A stretch of DNA of 64,000 nucleotides, taken from the NCBI GenBank assembly GCA_049523455.1, contig JBEKMW010000006.1:5731-69730 (forward strand), in the 5' to 3' direction. The translations under genes and the position numbers were made by a program. The DNA comes from Verrucomicrobiota bacterium (lineage in GTDB: Bacteria; Verrucomicrobiota; Verrucomicrobiia; Limisphaerales; UBA11358). Shown here one piece after another: positions 20,259 to 29,989 of this stretch (position 1 is its first letter; the number at the start of each line of letters is the position of its first letter). The notes under the pieces were generated by a model. It was not told where the DNA came from and made no database searches. It saw only the letters and a list, made by a program, of their open reading frames with translations.

Positions 20259-20440
20259 TGTGCCATGCCATCATGGTCTGAAAATTATTTAACCGCGAAC
20301 CACGCGAAATACACGAACATTCTTCCTAAAAATCCAGTCGAAATTCGATGCGGCCCCAAATCCCCGCCTTACAGCGACCGGCGACCACGGAGACGGGGAA
20401 AACAGGGAAGGTCAAAATCAGAAATACCGGATTCAACCGC
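20259..20440 (+). repeat. Modular intergenic repeat, copy c (left and middle modules)
   Basis: CTGTGCCATGCCATCATGGTCTGAAAATTATTTAACCGCGAACCACGCGAAATACACGAACATTCTTCC...GAAATACCGGATTCAACCGC. Confidence 0.9.
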
Positions 20441-20517
20441 TGTGTTAGGCTGGCTTTTTGCCGCGTGGCACCCTAACATGCGCCCGGCTTCCTGACCTGC
20501 GAAACCAACTATTGGCA

Positions 20518-21696
20518 ATGGCGAAAAGCACACTCATCGCGATGGCGTTGGATTATCCTCTGCCCGCCCGGGGGGGGGTGGGTGTCATCGTTGAGTCGTT
20601 ATTGAGGTATTTGGCGCCGGAATATCGTGTGCTATTAATCTCTCCCGATGATCCGAAGGAATTGGAACCGTATTTTTCTGCATCCCGGATATCGGAACAT
20701 ATCCGCATTTCTCAGGCGGATCTCACCCGTACCACCGCGCGGGGCCTGGCGGATGCGATCATCCAGCGTGGCGCGGCACTGGCACACTTTCACGGTGGGG
20801 GAAACTTTACTTGGGGCACACGCCGGGGCACGAAAAGTCCATTTCCTTTTCTTGGCAGCGCGAACGTGCCGGTGATATTCTCGGCGCATCAGATCGGCCC
20901 GTTGAGTGCCGTGTATTATCCCGCCGAACGGCAGCATTGGTTTAAGCTGGCCTTCCTGCCGCTGATTATGGGAGCGTGCACCTATTCACTTTGGCGCACG
21001 AGACAAGTCATTACCGACTCCAAGCATGACGCCAACATGCTGAAACGCCAGTTTCCACTTCTGGCCAGAAGAATTAATTTCATCTACCACTCGCGCCTCG
21101 ATGCCACGGAAAATGTGGCGGTGACAACGGTTGGCAGGCAAAAGACCGTTCTGTCTGTGGGACACGTTGCCATCCGCAAAGGCCAGCACGTGCTCGCCGA
21201 AGCTTTTTCCCGGATCGCCTCGCGCTTTCCGGATTGGAAGCTGGTCATCGCGGGCCCGCTGGTTGAGCCTCGTTGTTCAGACTGGATCGAGCGAATCCGG
21301 CAAGAGCACCATTTAACCGGACGCATACAGTTGATTGGCAGCCAGACCAATCCGCGGGAGTTGATGCAAACGGCCGGGGTTTTTGTTCAACCATCACTCA
21401 TGGAAGCCTTTGGTCTGGCGTTGCAGGAGGCAATGTTTCTTGGTTGTGCCTGTGTGGGGAGTAATACCGGCGGCATACCCGAATTGATTGCGGACAACCA
21501 GACCGGCCGGCTATGCGCGCCAGGCAACCCGGATGCGTTGGCAGACGCCTTGACCGATCTCCTTGGGTGTCCGGAGAAGCGGCAGCGGCTGGGAGAAGCT
21601 GCGCATGCGGACATCATCCAAAAAGGCATGACCGGCCAGGCGATGGCCGCCAATTATGAAAAGATCTATCGGCGGGTGTTGCCGCAGCACCGTTAG
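20518..21696 (+). CDS. Glycosyltransferase family 4
   Basis: MAKSTLIAMALDYPLPARGGVGVIVESLLRYL, VAIRKGQHVLAEAFSRI, QPSLMEAFGLALQEAMFLGCACVGSNTGGIPELI. Confidence 0.88.
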   Translation: MAKSTLIAMALDYPLPARGGVGVIVESLLRYLAPEYRVLLISPDDPKELEPYFSASRISEHIRISQADLTRTTARGLADAIIQRGAALAHFHGGGNFTWGTRRGTKSPFPFLGSANVPVIFSAHQIGPLSAVYYPAERQHWFKLAFLPLIMGACTYSLWRTRQVITDSKHDANMLKRQFPLLARRINFIYHSRLDATENVAVTTVGRQKTVLSVGHVAIRKGQHVLAEAFSRIASRFPDWKLVIAGPLVEPRCSDWIERIRQEHHLTGRIQLIGSQTNPRELMQTAGVFVQPSLMEAFGLALQEAMFLGCACVGSNTGGIPELIADNQTGRLCAPGNPDALADALTDLLGCPEKRQRLGEAAHADIIQKGMTGQAMAANYEKIYRRVLPQHR

Positions 21697-21885
21697 TTTT
21701 CAGCCGCTCAGCCGCGTAACGGGCGATCCTGGCCAAGGCTGGGTGGCGGTGGACCAGTGACTGGCCAGCCATGCGCGGGTGGGGGCCGTTGGGAAGCGGA
21801 CCAAAAGTACATTCGAGATTTCCGGGAACTGGATTTCAGGTAAAATGACAGACGGTTCAGTTCGCTTGAAATCTGCACGCCAAGG

Positions 21886-22749
21886 TCATTTACCCTTTCG
21901 ATGCAACCCCACTTTGCGAAAATGCTGCCGGCGTATCTGCCAATATTTCAAGCACATCAAGCAGTGAAAGATCGGCCCGCACACCGCTGCGATCGGGAAA
22001 ATCTTTCTTTCACGCGTCCATTGGTCGCGCAAGCCCCGCAGTGTCCCTCGAATCAGCCGGCTGACGGCTGACCATAAGGGATGAGCGCGTATCTGTTCCC
22101 ATTCCGGGGGCCAAGCCTCGGTTTTCCAACGCCAGCAGTTCAGGTCGGTGGGTTTTCCGAGCAAACAGGACGCGATGAAGGCACGTCCACGTTTGGACTG
22201 GTCGCGGAAAATCATGTTGTGCAAACCATAAGGTGTGCGTCTAGGCTGATGATGCAAAACGAGGTCCAATGATTCAATTTTACCATCTGGAATTACACCC
22301 TGTTCACACATGCCGAAAAACCGCACCCGCTGTTTGTTAAAAAGAAAAATGTGGCCAGCCGGATATCTCTTTGAAACAGTTCGTTGTCCATTCCACATCG
22401 GCCAGATGCACGCAAAGGCGGAAATTTCGGCGGGAGGTTCGGCTGTTTGCCGGAATTTTTTCAACCACGCCTTCAGGTCTTCGCTCGGAAATTCATCGGC
22501 GTCGAACCGTAGAATCCAGTCATGCTTCGCCTGCGCCCAGAGAAACGGCCAATGAGGCTCTTGCAGAAAAGCCGGCGGCCTTTCAAAAAATCGCCCACCG
22601 GCGCTTTCGGCGACCAACCGCACGTTCTGCTCGTCGGGGATATCGTGCTCCACTATCAACTCGTCATAGCAACCGGCTGATTCCCGCAGTAACCGTTCCA
22701 GGAAATCCCGCTGGCGATGGACGCAAACAACCAAGGAAATGGCAGGCAT
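21886..22749 (-). CDS. Glycosyltransferase family 2-like protein
   Basis: MPAISLVVCVHRQRDFLERLLRESAGCYDELIVEHD, WILRFDADEFPSEDL. Confidence 0.8.
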   Translation of the reverse strand: MPAISLVVCVHRQRDFLERLLRESAGCYDELIVEHDIPDEQNVRLVAESAGGRFFERPPAFLQEPHWPFLWAQAKHDWILRFDADEFPSEDLKAWLKKFRQTAEPPAEISAFACIWPMWNGQRTVSKRYPAGHIFLFNKQRVRFFGMCEQGVIPDGKIESLDLVLHHQPRRTPYGLHNMIFRDQSKRGRAFIASCLLGKPTDLNCWRWKTEAWPPEWEQIRAHPLWSAVSRLIRGTLRGLRDQWTRERKIFPIAAVCGPIFHCLMCLKYWQIRRQHFRKVGLHRKGK

Positions 22750-22758
22750 GGCTGAATC

Positions 22759-23568
22759 CTAATTCCCCGCCTCAAGCAGGCCACACAGTTCGGGAACGGC
22801 GGCAACATAATTCGGCCCCAAAAAATCCTCATCCTGAAACCGGTAGTCACAAAATCTCACCGATCGGGGAAACAATTTTCCGACTTTATATCCGCGGTCG
22901 CCAAAAAATTGATAAAAGTCCCGCAACAAAAATTTGGTCAGCACATTGACCATGCCGTATTCGAATTGCACCACGGGCACCTTGTCCGAAACCAGCGCAT
23001 CCCCAAAACCCTTCAGCACGAGATGTTCCGCGCCCTCGACATCAATCTTCAGCAAGTCAATGGTTTGTATGCCATGCGCAACACAGTAGTCCTCGCCGCG
23101 AGCCACCCTGGCGCCGATCATCTCGGATTTCAAGCCAGCCACGACATCAAACATGGTTGTCAGCCCATCCCCCTCCGGACAATGCTTGATTTTAATTTCA
23201 CCCATTGCCTCAGACAACCCAAAAGGATTTAGCAGGACGTTTCCTTTGTTCGGCGAAAGCCGGGTGGAAAGTTTTTGAAAGGTGGGTGGGCTGATCTCGA
23301 AACAATGTATCGTGGCAGCCGGATTGGCCGCCAGAACCTCCGCCGCCCAGTCACCACGATTAGCGCCCACGTCAAACACGATTTTCAACCGGTTCCTCCG
23401 GGCGAGGGTTTGCACCAGCCACCGTTCGCCGTTAGCGGCAATATCGCTGCTGTGGTTTTCTTGAATGCGATGAAACTCCATGCAAACCGAATCAATTTTT
23501 TTGAGGAGCGTGGGAAAACTCCGCAAAAGTGAGTGGACCCTTTTGGCGGTGTTAAAAATTCGCGGCAT
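22759..23568 (-). CDS. FkbM family methyltransferase
   Basis: IVFDVGANRGDWAAEVLAANPAATIHCFEISPPTF, TIDLLKIDVEGAEHLVLKGF. Confidence 0.9.
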   Translation of the reverse strand: MPRIFNTAKRVHSLLRSFPTLLKKIDSVCMEFHRIQENHSSDIAANGERWLVQTLARRNRLKIVFDVGANRGDWAAEVLAANPAATIHCFEISPPTFQKLSTRLSPNKGNVLLNPFGLSEAMGEIKIKHCPEGDGLTTMFDVVAGLKSEMIGARVARGEDYCVAHGIQTIDLLKIDVEGAEHLVLKGFGDALVSDKVPVVQFEYGMVNVLTKFLLRDFYQFFGDRGYKVGKLFPRSVRFCDYRFQDEDFLGPNYVAAVPELCGLLEAGN

Positions 23569-23785
23569 AGGAACATCGTTTTGTTTGAAATCGCATCAGC
23601 ACTGATTTTCTAAATTGGTGAAATCGCACGCGATAGTAAAGCGGGCGCGGGGCAGGTGGTTCAAGCAAAGAATGACCAAATCGCTGCGCGTCAAGAGAAC
23701 GGGCGGTTTCTTTGCGTGACGAGAATCTTCAGCGGCGAAAGGGCAAGCGCAAACGACCGACGAAATGGCAGGCATAGTTAATCTA

Positions 23786-25060
23786 TCAGCATTTTGCCCC
23801 GAACTTCAGGCGAATGGCACGTCTAAATTCGTGGAAACGCACCCGGTAATAAAACGGCCTCGCAACCACTTGCTCGGCCAAGGAAGGGCCAAATTGGTGG
23901 GCGTCAAGGTAGGCCGCCGTTTCTTTCGCACGCCGCAGATCTTCCACGATGAATGGGTTATCACGGCGTTCGACGGCTGCATGCAGAGCCATTTCCAATC
24001 GGCCGATGGAAGTTGCGGGATCGCTGAGCCAACGAATATGGCTCTGTGCGGCACGCCCGAATTGGCCGCGCAACGCTGCGTCGCCAGCCAGGCGCAAAAT
24101 GGCGTCTGCCATTATGGCGGGTCGGTTCGCCAACAACCCGCATTCGCCATGACGTGCCAATTCGATTTGCGCCTGATCCTGCCAGGGAACCGAGTGGGTG
24201 ATTACCGGCTTGCCCAGATTCATCGGCTCGGCGATACCGTAGCCAAAGCTTTCGCCATTGAGGGCGGTGTGCAACACCACGTCCAATGTTGAGAGGGTCA
24301 ACCGCAACTCTTCGGCATCCGCAGTGGCGGGGAGCATCACAAAGTGGGGGGCGTCGGGCGAGGCGCGCAATGCTGCGGCAATCTCCGGCGGTGGTTCGCG
24401 CAACAGCAGCTTGATATTGGGGTTATGATTCAATGCCAACCGGAAGGCCTCTACCGCCAAATTGGACCATTTGCCCAGGCAAGGCCGGCCCAGCCGCCCA
24501 AAAAGCACCTCCTCGTTTCTCACCCCAATTCTCTGGCGAAAGTCGCGGATCTCCCCCGGGGCGGCCGGTTCCACGGGGTCGAGCGGATAGACGGCGACAC
24601 TGGCGCGCCGGAAAAAGCTTTCATCCAGCCGACGGAATACGCGCCGGGCGGCCTGCACGCTACTGGTCCAGGAAACAAACAAACGAAAATCCGTCCAGGC
24701 ATCCTCCGGCGGATTGTACAAATGCCCGAACACGTTGGTTTGGACCACGGGAATCTTGGGCAATAATTTCAGGGCTTCACCTAAAATATCACCCTCGTGG
24801 GTATGTCCCGGAGCATGAGCGTGGATTACGTCGGGTTGGATTTCCGCAAGAACCGCGGCAACCGCAGCGGCGGAGATCTTGGTCAGGCGAACCGGGACGT
24901 TGTGCAATTCCAATTCCGCCCGGCGCGGGCCATCGGCCAGCGTGACCAGGGTCACGTTGTGCCCGCGTTCCTTGAGCCCCCAAGCCCAGCGGCAGGCCGC
25001 TTTTTCGGTGCCGCCCAAACCCAGACCATTTACGAACACGACGCACGTCATAGAAGGCAA
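23786..25060 (-). CDS. Glycosyltransferase family 4
   Basis: VFVNGLGLGGTEKAACRWAWGLKERGH, FGRLGRPCLGKWSNLAVEAF, GESFGYGIAEPMNLGKPVITH. Confidence 0.88.
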   Translation of the reverse strand: MPSMTCVVFVNGLGLGGTEKAACRWAWGLKERGHNVTLVTLADGPRRAELELHNVPVRLTKISAAAVAAVLAEIQPDVIHAHAPGHTHEGDILGEALKLLPKIPVVQTNVFGHLYNPPEDAWTDFRLFVSWTSSVQAARRVFRRLDESFFRRASVAVYPLDPVEPAAPGEIRDFRQRIGVRNEEVLFGRLGRPCLGKWSNLAVEAFRLALNHNPNIKLLLREPPPEIAAALRASPDAPHFVMLPATADAEELRLTLSTLDVVLHTALNGESFGYGIAEPMNLGKPVITHSVPWQDQAQIELARHGECGLLANRPAIMADAILRLAGDAALRGQFGRAAQSHIRWLSDPATSIGRLEMALHAAVERRDNPFIVEDLRRAKETAAYLDAHQFGPSLAEQVVARPFYYRVRFHEFRRAIRLKFGAKC

Positions 25061-25066
25061 GCAATC

Positions 25067-25780
25067 CTAAGACCTTCCGGTGATTTTGACGCATACCTGC
25101 TCGCTTTTACAATTGTAGGTCAAATAGTCGAAGGCCAGATGCTCGCGGGCGGTGAATTCCTGAAAGGCCTTGAATTCCCCCTCCCGCCAGCCCGGATAAT
25201 TGAAGTATTCGTCAAACACGATGACGGTTCCGGGCTTGATGCGCGGCGCCAGGCAATCGAAAACCGTTTTAGTCGAGGAATACAAATCGCAGTCAATGTG
25301 CAGGAATGCGGCGTCGCCGGGATGCGTGCTGAGAAACCCGGGCAGGGTTTTGTCGAACCAGCCTTTTACCAGGGTGACGTTCGGCCGGACTTTGGGCAAC
25401 GCGGTCACTTTGAAATGGCCGGTGCCGCGACGGTTGCGCCAGCGTTCGGGGAGCCCTTCGAAGGAATCGAAGCCGTAAACCGGATGGTCCACCTGGCGGG
25501 CGATGTGATTGATGGTATGGCCGGAGAAGACGCCGAACTCGAGGTAAAGACCGTCCGGATTTTCGACCTGCTTGAGGCCAAAGCTGAGGACGTCCAGGTA
25601 CGAATCCAAGGGGTCCACACCCTCCAGGTTCCGGGACACAAAATCGGCCGTATCGGCCAAAGCCCGGCGTTGCAATTCGCCTTCCAAGTCGTGCCCGTCC
25701 GCTTCCCGGCTCCGTTGAAGCTCAAAGCGGACAGCCCACCGAAAAGGAGCAAGCGCGCGGGTGATAATGGTTCGCAACAT
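25067..25780 (-). CDS. Class I SAM-dependent methyltransferase (TylF/CmcI-like)
   Basis: LYLEFGVFSGHTINHIA, VYGFDSFEGLPE, AFLHIDCDLYSSTKTVFDCLA. Confidence 0.8.
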   Translation of the reverse strand: MLRTIITRALAPFRWAVRFELQRSREADGHDLEGELQRRALADTADFVSRNLEGVDPLDSYLDVLSFGLKQVENPDGLYLEFGVFSGHTINHIARQVDHPVYGFDSFEGLPERWRNRRGTGHFKVTALPKVRPNVTLVKGWFDKTLPGFLSTHPGDAAFLHIDCDLYSSTKTVFDCLAPRIKPGTVIVFDEYFNYPGWREGEFKAFQEFTAREHLAFDYLTYNCKSEQVCVKITGRS

Positions 25781-25834
25781 GGCGGCAAGATAAATAAACC
25801 GCCTGCCTTGTCGAGGACGCTTTGAACGGGAGTT

Positions 25835-26473
25835 TCACGAGTGATCTTTGACCGCGACGATGGTGTGCGCCAGGGACGGCATGTTTTTGGAGAGGGAATC
25901 GAACATGGAGAAGTCTCGCACCCCGAACAACCGAACCGTATGGGCAAAGAATTTGACCGAGAGCGCGCGGGGATTCCCGAAGCCCGCGCCATAGACGCGG
26001 TAGCCCCGGCGGCGGAATTGCCCGGCGGAGATGTAAGAGAGATGGTGGTCGAATTCATTTTGACCCAGAAAGGTCTCGCTGCCGCCGCGCAGGCATTGCC
26101 AATTGGGGGTGGTGACGATGACGCGTCGCCGGGCGGCGGCTTCGAACTCATCGAGCACCTTCTCCACGACGCTCATCGGCAGATGCTCCAGGACTTCGCT
26201 GGCCAGAATGGTGTCATATTTCGCCCGGGGAATGGCACAGGGGAGTTCCGCCTGCCAGACCTCGCGATACACGCCCAGCTTCCGGGCATATTCCACGTTG
26301 GGGGCGAAGGCGTCCAGGGCATCAACGACCGGTGGCCCGCTCAGGTCCCATTCGCCGTAATTGGTGCGCATGAGGCAACCCCAGCGGCCAAACCCGCAAG
26401 CGACGTCCAGGATGCTGTCGCCGCGAATCAACGGGAGGACGATGGGATCGAGAAAACTGGCAGACGAGCTCAT
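25835..26473 (-). CDS. Class I SAM-dependent methyltransferase
   Basis: ILDVACGFGRWGCLMRTNYG, DTILASEVLEHLP. Confidence 0.85.
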   Translation of the reverse strand: MSSSASFLDPIVLPLIRGDSILDVACGFGRWGCLMRTNYGEWDLSGPPVVDALDAFAPNVEYARKLGVYREVWQAELPCAIPRAKYDTILASEVLEHLPMSVVEKVLDEFEAAARRRVIVTTPNWQCLRGGSETFLGQNEFDHHLSYISAGQFRRRGYRVYGAGFGNPRALSVKFFAHTVRLFGVRDFSMFDSLSKNMPSLAHTIVAVKDHS

Positions 26474-26527
26474 GGGCAGGAAAAATGGTTGAGGTTGGTG
26501 CTTATTCGGTGTACGCGATTCAAGAAT

Positions 26528-28027
26528 CTATTCCCGGGCCGCCGATGACAAGGATTTTTGCCAATCGCCGACGCCGGCCAGCATTTTGCCCAAGGGTTGG
26601 CGCAACACGAAGGCCGCCACCAGACCGCCATGCAACACGGCCGGAATCAGCAGCCAGAATGAGTCTTTGGCAAAGACGAAATAACCAGTGGCAAAGACCG
26701 CGGCGACGGCACATTGCAGGCCGGCGTGCCGCCAGGTCCTGCCAGAGAGCCAGCCGCCGGCTTTCAGCAGTCGAATGGCGAACAAGTCCTGCGCCAGAAA
26801 GGCGATGCGGCTGCAAAGGAATCCATAAGCGGCGCCGGCCACGCCCCCGAGGTGCCAGCCCAACCACGCACCCGCCGCCGCCAGCACGCCGCCGGTGATA
26901 CTGAAACCAATGATGGCGCCCAAACGGTTGAGCGAAGCCAATTGCGCTACGGAGATGTTCGCGATGGCATTGATGCAGGCTGCCGCCACCAGCGGGATGA
27001 TCAAAGGGTCGAACTCCGCCGCATGATGCGGCCCCAGCCAAAGCCGAAGGAACACCGGATGCCACAACCCCAGCCAGAGGGCGGCGAGCAAATACCAATC
27101 AAATACGAAGGCAAAGGTCTCGTTGTAGATGGCCGCGGCCGAAGCATTGGGCGCCCCGGCGGCACGCCGGGTGGTATTGTAAAATACCGGCCCCATGACC
27201 GAAGAACTCAGGCCCTGCAGCCGGGCAGCAATCTGGTTGCCCACCGCCCCGTAGTTACGAATATCCCGTGCGGGAGCCAGCCGGGCAACCACCTGCCGGT
27301 CAATCTGCGCGAAGAGGGAGCCCACGATCAGGGCTGAAAAGTTTTTGCCGATGTACACCCTCATCTCGCGCAACCGTTCCAGGCTGGCGGCCCGGAAATG
27401 GAAACCCAAACCGTAGTGCCTTCGGGCATGAACCATGAAGATACACAGCTCGAGCAGCGAAATCATCGCGCCCCAGGAAAAGAGGGCGAGCGGATTCCCC
27501 GTCAAATATGCCAGGACGATCATCGGCAGCGACTTCAGCAACGACGTAATGGTGCGCAAAATGCCGATGAACTTGAAATCCAGGTGCGCCTGCGCCAGCA
27601 CGTTCCAGCACTGCGAATAGTAGGAAAAGAAGAGATCCATGCCAGCGACCGACACGCAGGCACGAAACAACCGCACGTGGGCGGGCAAAAGGTTATACCA
27701 TTTGGGCCCCAGCCAGGCGCCCAATCCCATGAGTGACAAGGCCACCAGCAACAAAAAAGGGACCACGATCAAGTTGCCCGTGCCCCAATAGCCGCGCACC
27801 GCGGTCGTATCCTCTTTGCCCAAGGCCACTCCAATGTAACGTCCCATGGATTGCCCCAGGCCGAGGTCGGCAAAGCTGAACAGGCTGCTGAAGATGCCCA
27901 CACAAATCCAAAGGGCATACATCTCGGCGCTAAGGCAGTGGAGGTACACGGGCACCGAAACAAATCCGACGGCCGTGGTCGCCATCAAGGGCAACAGGCT
28001 CCAGAGCGATTGGCGTTTGATGCTCAA
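26528..28027 (-). CDS. Polysaccharide flippase / lipopolysaccharide biosynthesis membrane protein (Wzx-like)
   Basis: SLWSLLPLMATTAVGFVSVPVYLHCLSAEMYALWICVG, YNLLPAHVRLFRACV; 499 aa multi-TM. Confidence 0.75.
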   Translation of the reverse strand: MSIKRQSLWSLLPLMATTAVGFVSVPVYLHCLSAEMYALWICVGIFSSLFSFADLGLGQSMGRYIGVALGKEDTTAVRGYWGTGNLIVVPFLLLVALSLMGLGAWLGPKWYNLLPAHVRLFRACVSVAGMDLFFSYYSQCWNVLAQAHLDFKFIGILRTITSLLKSLPMIVLAYLTGNPLALFSWGAMISLLELCIFMVHARRHYGLGFHFRAASLERLREMRVYIGKNFSALIVGSLFAQIDRQVVARLAPARDIRNYGAVGNQIAARLQGLSSSVMGPVFYNTTRRAAGAPNASAAAIYNETFAFVFDWYLLAALWLGLWHPVFLRLWLGPHHAAEFDPLIIPLVAAACINAIANISVAQLASLNRLGAIIGFSITGGVLAAAGAWLGWHLGGVAGAAYGFLCSRIAFLAQDLFAIRLLKAGGWLSGRTWRHAGLQCAVAAVFATGYFVFAKDSFWLLIPAVLHGGLVAAFVLRQPLGKMLAGVGDWQKSLSSAARE

Positions 28028-28041
28028 TGAGAGGTTGTTCC

Positions 28042-29370
28042 TTACGCGCCGGGCGGCAGCCGTAGCGTGGTGTCCAGCGGCGGAAGTTCGGCCAGGTCCT
28101 TGGCGGAGCTCGCCCCGCCGAGCTCCACCAAGCGCTCGCCGGCGGGGCGCACGCGCGTCTGGAAACTGGCCGCGGCGTCGTTGAAGGCGGTGTTGGCCCG
28201 GTCCAGACCGGCACGGATTTTTTCAAAATGTTCGGTAAATTTTACCACGCGCGCATAAAATTCCTGCGCGGCCTCCGCAATTTTCTGCGCGTTCTCCGTC
28301 TGCGCGTGCTGCTGCCAGCTCACCGAGACGGAACGCAGCAGCGCGATCAGCGACGCCGGCGTCGCCAGCAAAATCCGTTTCTCCGCCGCCCACACGATCA
28401 AGTCGTGGTCGCCCTCCAGCGCGGCGCTGAACAGCGATTCCGCCGGCACAAACAGCACCACATAATCCAGCGCGTTGGGAAACTGGCGCGGATAACCGCG
28501 GTCGGCCAGTGCCTTGATGGTCGCCTTCAATTTGGCGGCGTGGGCCGCCAGCGATTCCGCGCGTTTCATCGGGTCGGCGGACTCCAACGCATTCAAAAAA
28601 TCGAAGTCCGGCACCTTGGCGTCCACGATAATGATCCGGTCGCCGGGCAGTTTCACGATGAGGTCGGGCCGGTTGTCGCCCGCCTGGGTCTGTTCGGTGA
28701 AATCGCAATGCGCGCTCATGCCGGCGGCTTCCACCACGCGCCGCAGCGTTTCCTCGCCCCAGCGCCCGCGGGCCTGATTGGAGGTGAGCACCATGCGGAA
28801 CTGCTGGGTCTCCCGCTCCAGCGATTGGTTGGATTGCGCCAGGGTTTCGAGTTGTTTCTTCACCTCGCCGAGGGTGGCGGCCTGGGAAGTTTCGGCCTGC
28901 TGCAACCGCTTCTGGTAGGTGTCCAACTGCTGCTTTAAGGGCTCGACCAGGGTTTTGATGGCCTCCTGCCGCTGGGCGAGGTCGCCCTTGGCGGTTTCCT
29001 GGAACTTGCCGAAGCTTTGCTCGGCCAGCCGCAGAAATTCCGGCGCGCTTTGTTTCAACGCCTCGGCGCTCAACGCCCGGAAGGCCTCGCGCAAATCGGC
29101 CAGCGCCTTGTCCTGCAGGGCGCGTTGGTCGGCGGCCAGCTTTTCAGCGGCGGCGCGGCTGGCTTCGGCGGCGGCGCGGGACGTCGTCGCCTCGCTCAAT
29201 TGGCCGCGCAATTGCGCGAGCTCGGCGTCGCGCTGGGCGATTTGCTGCCGCAATTCCTTTTCCAGTCTCGCATCGGAACCGGCGCCGCCGCGCGCGCGGC
29301 CGTAAAGCCAGCCGGCAATAAAGCCCACCAGGGCGGCGATGAGCCATTGGATGCCGACGGCGATTTGCAT
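28042..29370 (-). CDS. rmuC: DNA recombination protein RmuC
   Basis: N-terminal TM, coiled coil, RGRWGEETLRRVVEAAGMSAHCDF, RPDLIVKLPGDRIIIVDAKVPDF. Confidence 0.92.
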   Translation of the reverse strand: MQIAVGIQWLIAALVGFIAGWLYGRARGGAGSDARLEKELRQQIAQRDAELAQLRGQLSEATTSRAAAEASRAAAEKLAADQRALQDKALADLREAFRALSAEALKQSAPEFLRLAEQSFGKFQETAKGDLAQRQEAIKTLVEPLKQQLDTYQKRLQQAETSQAATLGEVKKQLETLAQSNQSLERETQQFRMVLTSNQARGRWGEETLRRVVEAAGMSAHCDFTEQTQAGDNRPDLIVKLPGDRIIIVDAKVPDFDFLNALESADPMKRAESLAAHAAKLKATIKALADRGYPRQFPNALDYVVLFVPAESLFSAALEGDHDLIVWAAEKRILLATPASLIALLRSVSVSWQQHAQTENAQKIAEAAQEFYARVVKFTEHFEKIRAGLDRANTAFNDAAASFQTRVRPAGERLVELGGASSAKDLAELPPLDTTLRLPPGA

Positions 29371-29419
29371 ATGGCTTTGCGATTTGGGAGTTGGGCTTTC
29401 AGCGGCGTAAATCGTCAAT

Positions 29420-29803
29420 TTAGAAGTGGGCCACCACTTCAATTTCCACGTTGGCGCCTTTGGGCAGCGCGGCCACCTGGATGGTGGAACGCGCCGGGAA
29501 ATCCGCGGTGAAGTACTGCGCGTAAATTTCGTTCATCCCTGCGAAATCGGCCAGGCTGGTCAAAAACACCGTGCTTTTGACGACGTTGGCGAACGTGAGC
29601 TTTTGGTCATCCAGAATCGCCTTCACGTTTTGGAGCACGCGCCCGGTTTGGGCCTTGATGTCGCCGGCAATCAGGTTGCCATCTTTGGGGTCAATGGGTA
29701 TCTGGCCGGCGCAGAAGAGGAGATCGCCCACGCGGACAGCGTGGTTGTACGGGCCGACCGCGGCGGGTGATTGGGCGGGTTTGATGATGATTTTCTTTGG
29801 CAT
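29420..29803 (-). CDS. RidA family protein (reactive intermediate deaminase)
   Basis: SPAAVGPYNHAVRVGDLLFCAGQIPIDPKDG, RSTIQVAALPKGANVEIEVVA; start ATG at 29803 inside the longer 523 aa ORF. Confidence 0.93.
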   Translation of the reverse strand: MPKKIIIKPAQSPAAVGPYNHAVRVGDLLFCAGQIPIDPKDGNLIAGDIKAQTGRVLQNVKAILDDQKLTFANVVKSTVFLTSLADFAGMNEIYAQYFTADFPARSTIQVAALPKGANVEIEVVAHF

Positions 29804-29989
29804 AAATTTTGAACAAGGTCTAGCTGCTTTGCTGGTGCCGGTCAAGGAAAGCCATTTGGGGAGAAATTGAGGAGCGCGGCATTCATGCCGCTTCACCGGC
29901 CAAAGCATTTCGCCCCTGGAAGATGAAAAAAAGGGCCTGCGACGCATTGACGCGGGGCGAAAAATGCCGAAACTGCGTTCCGGCCTGAT

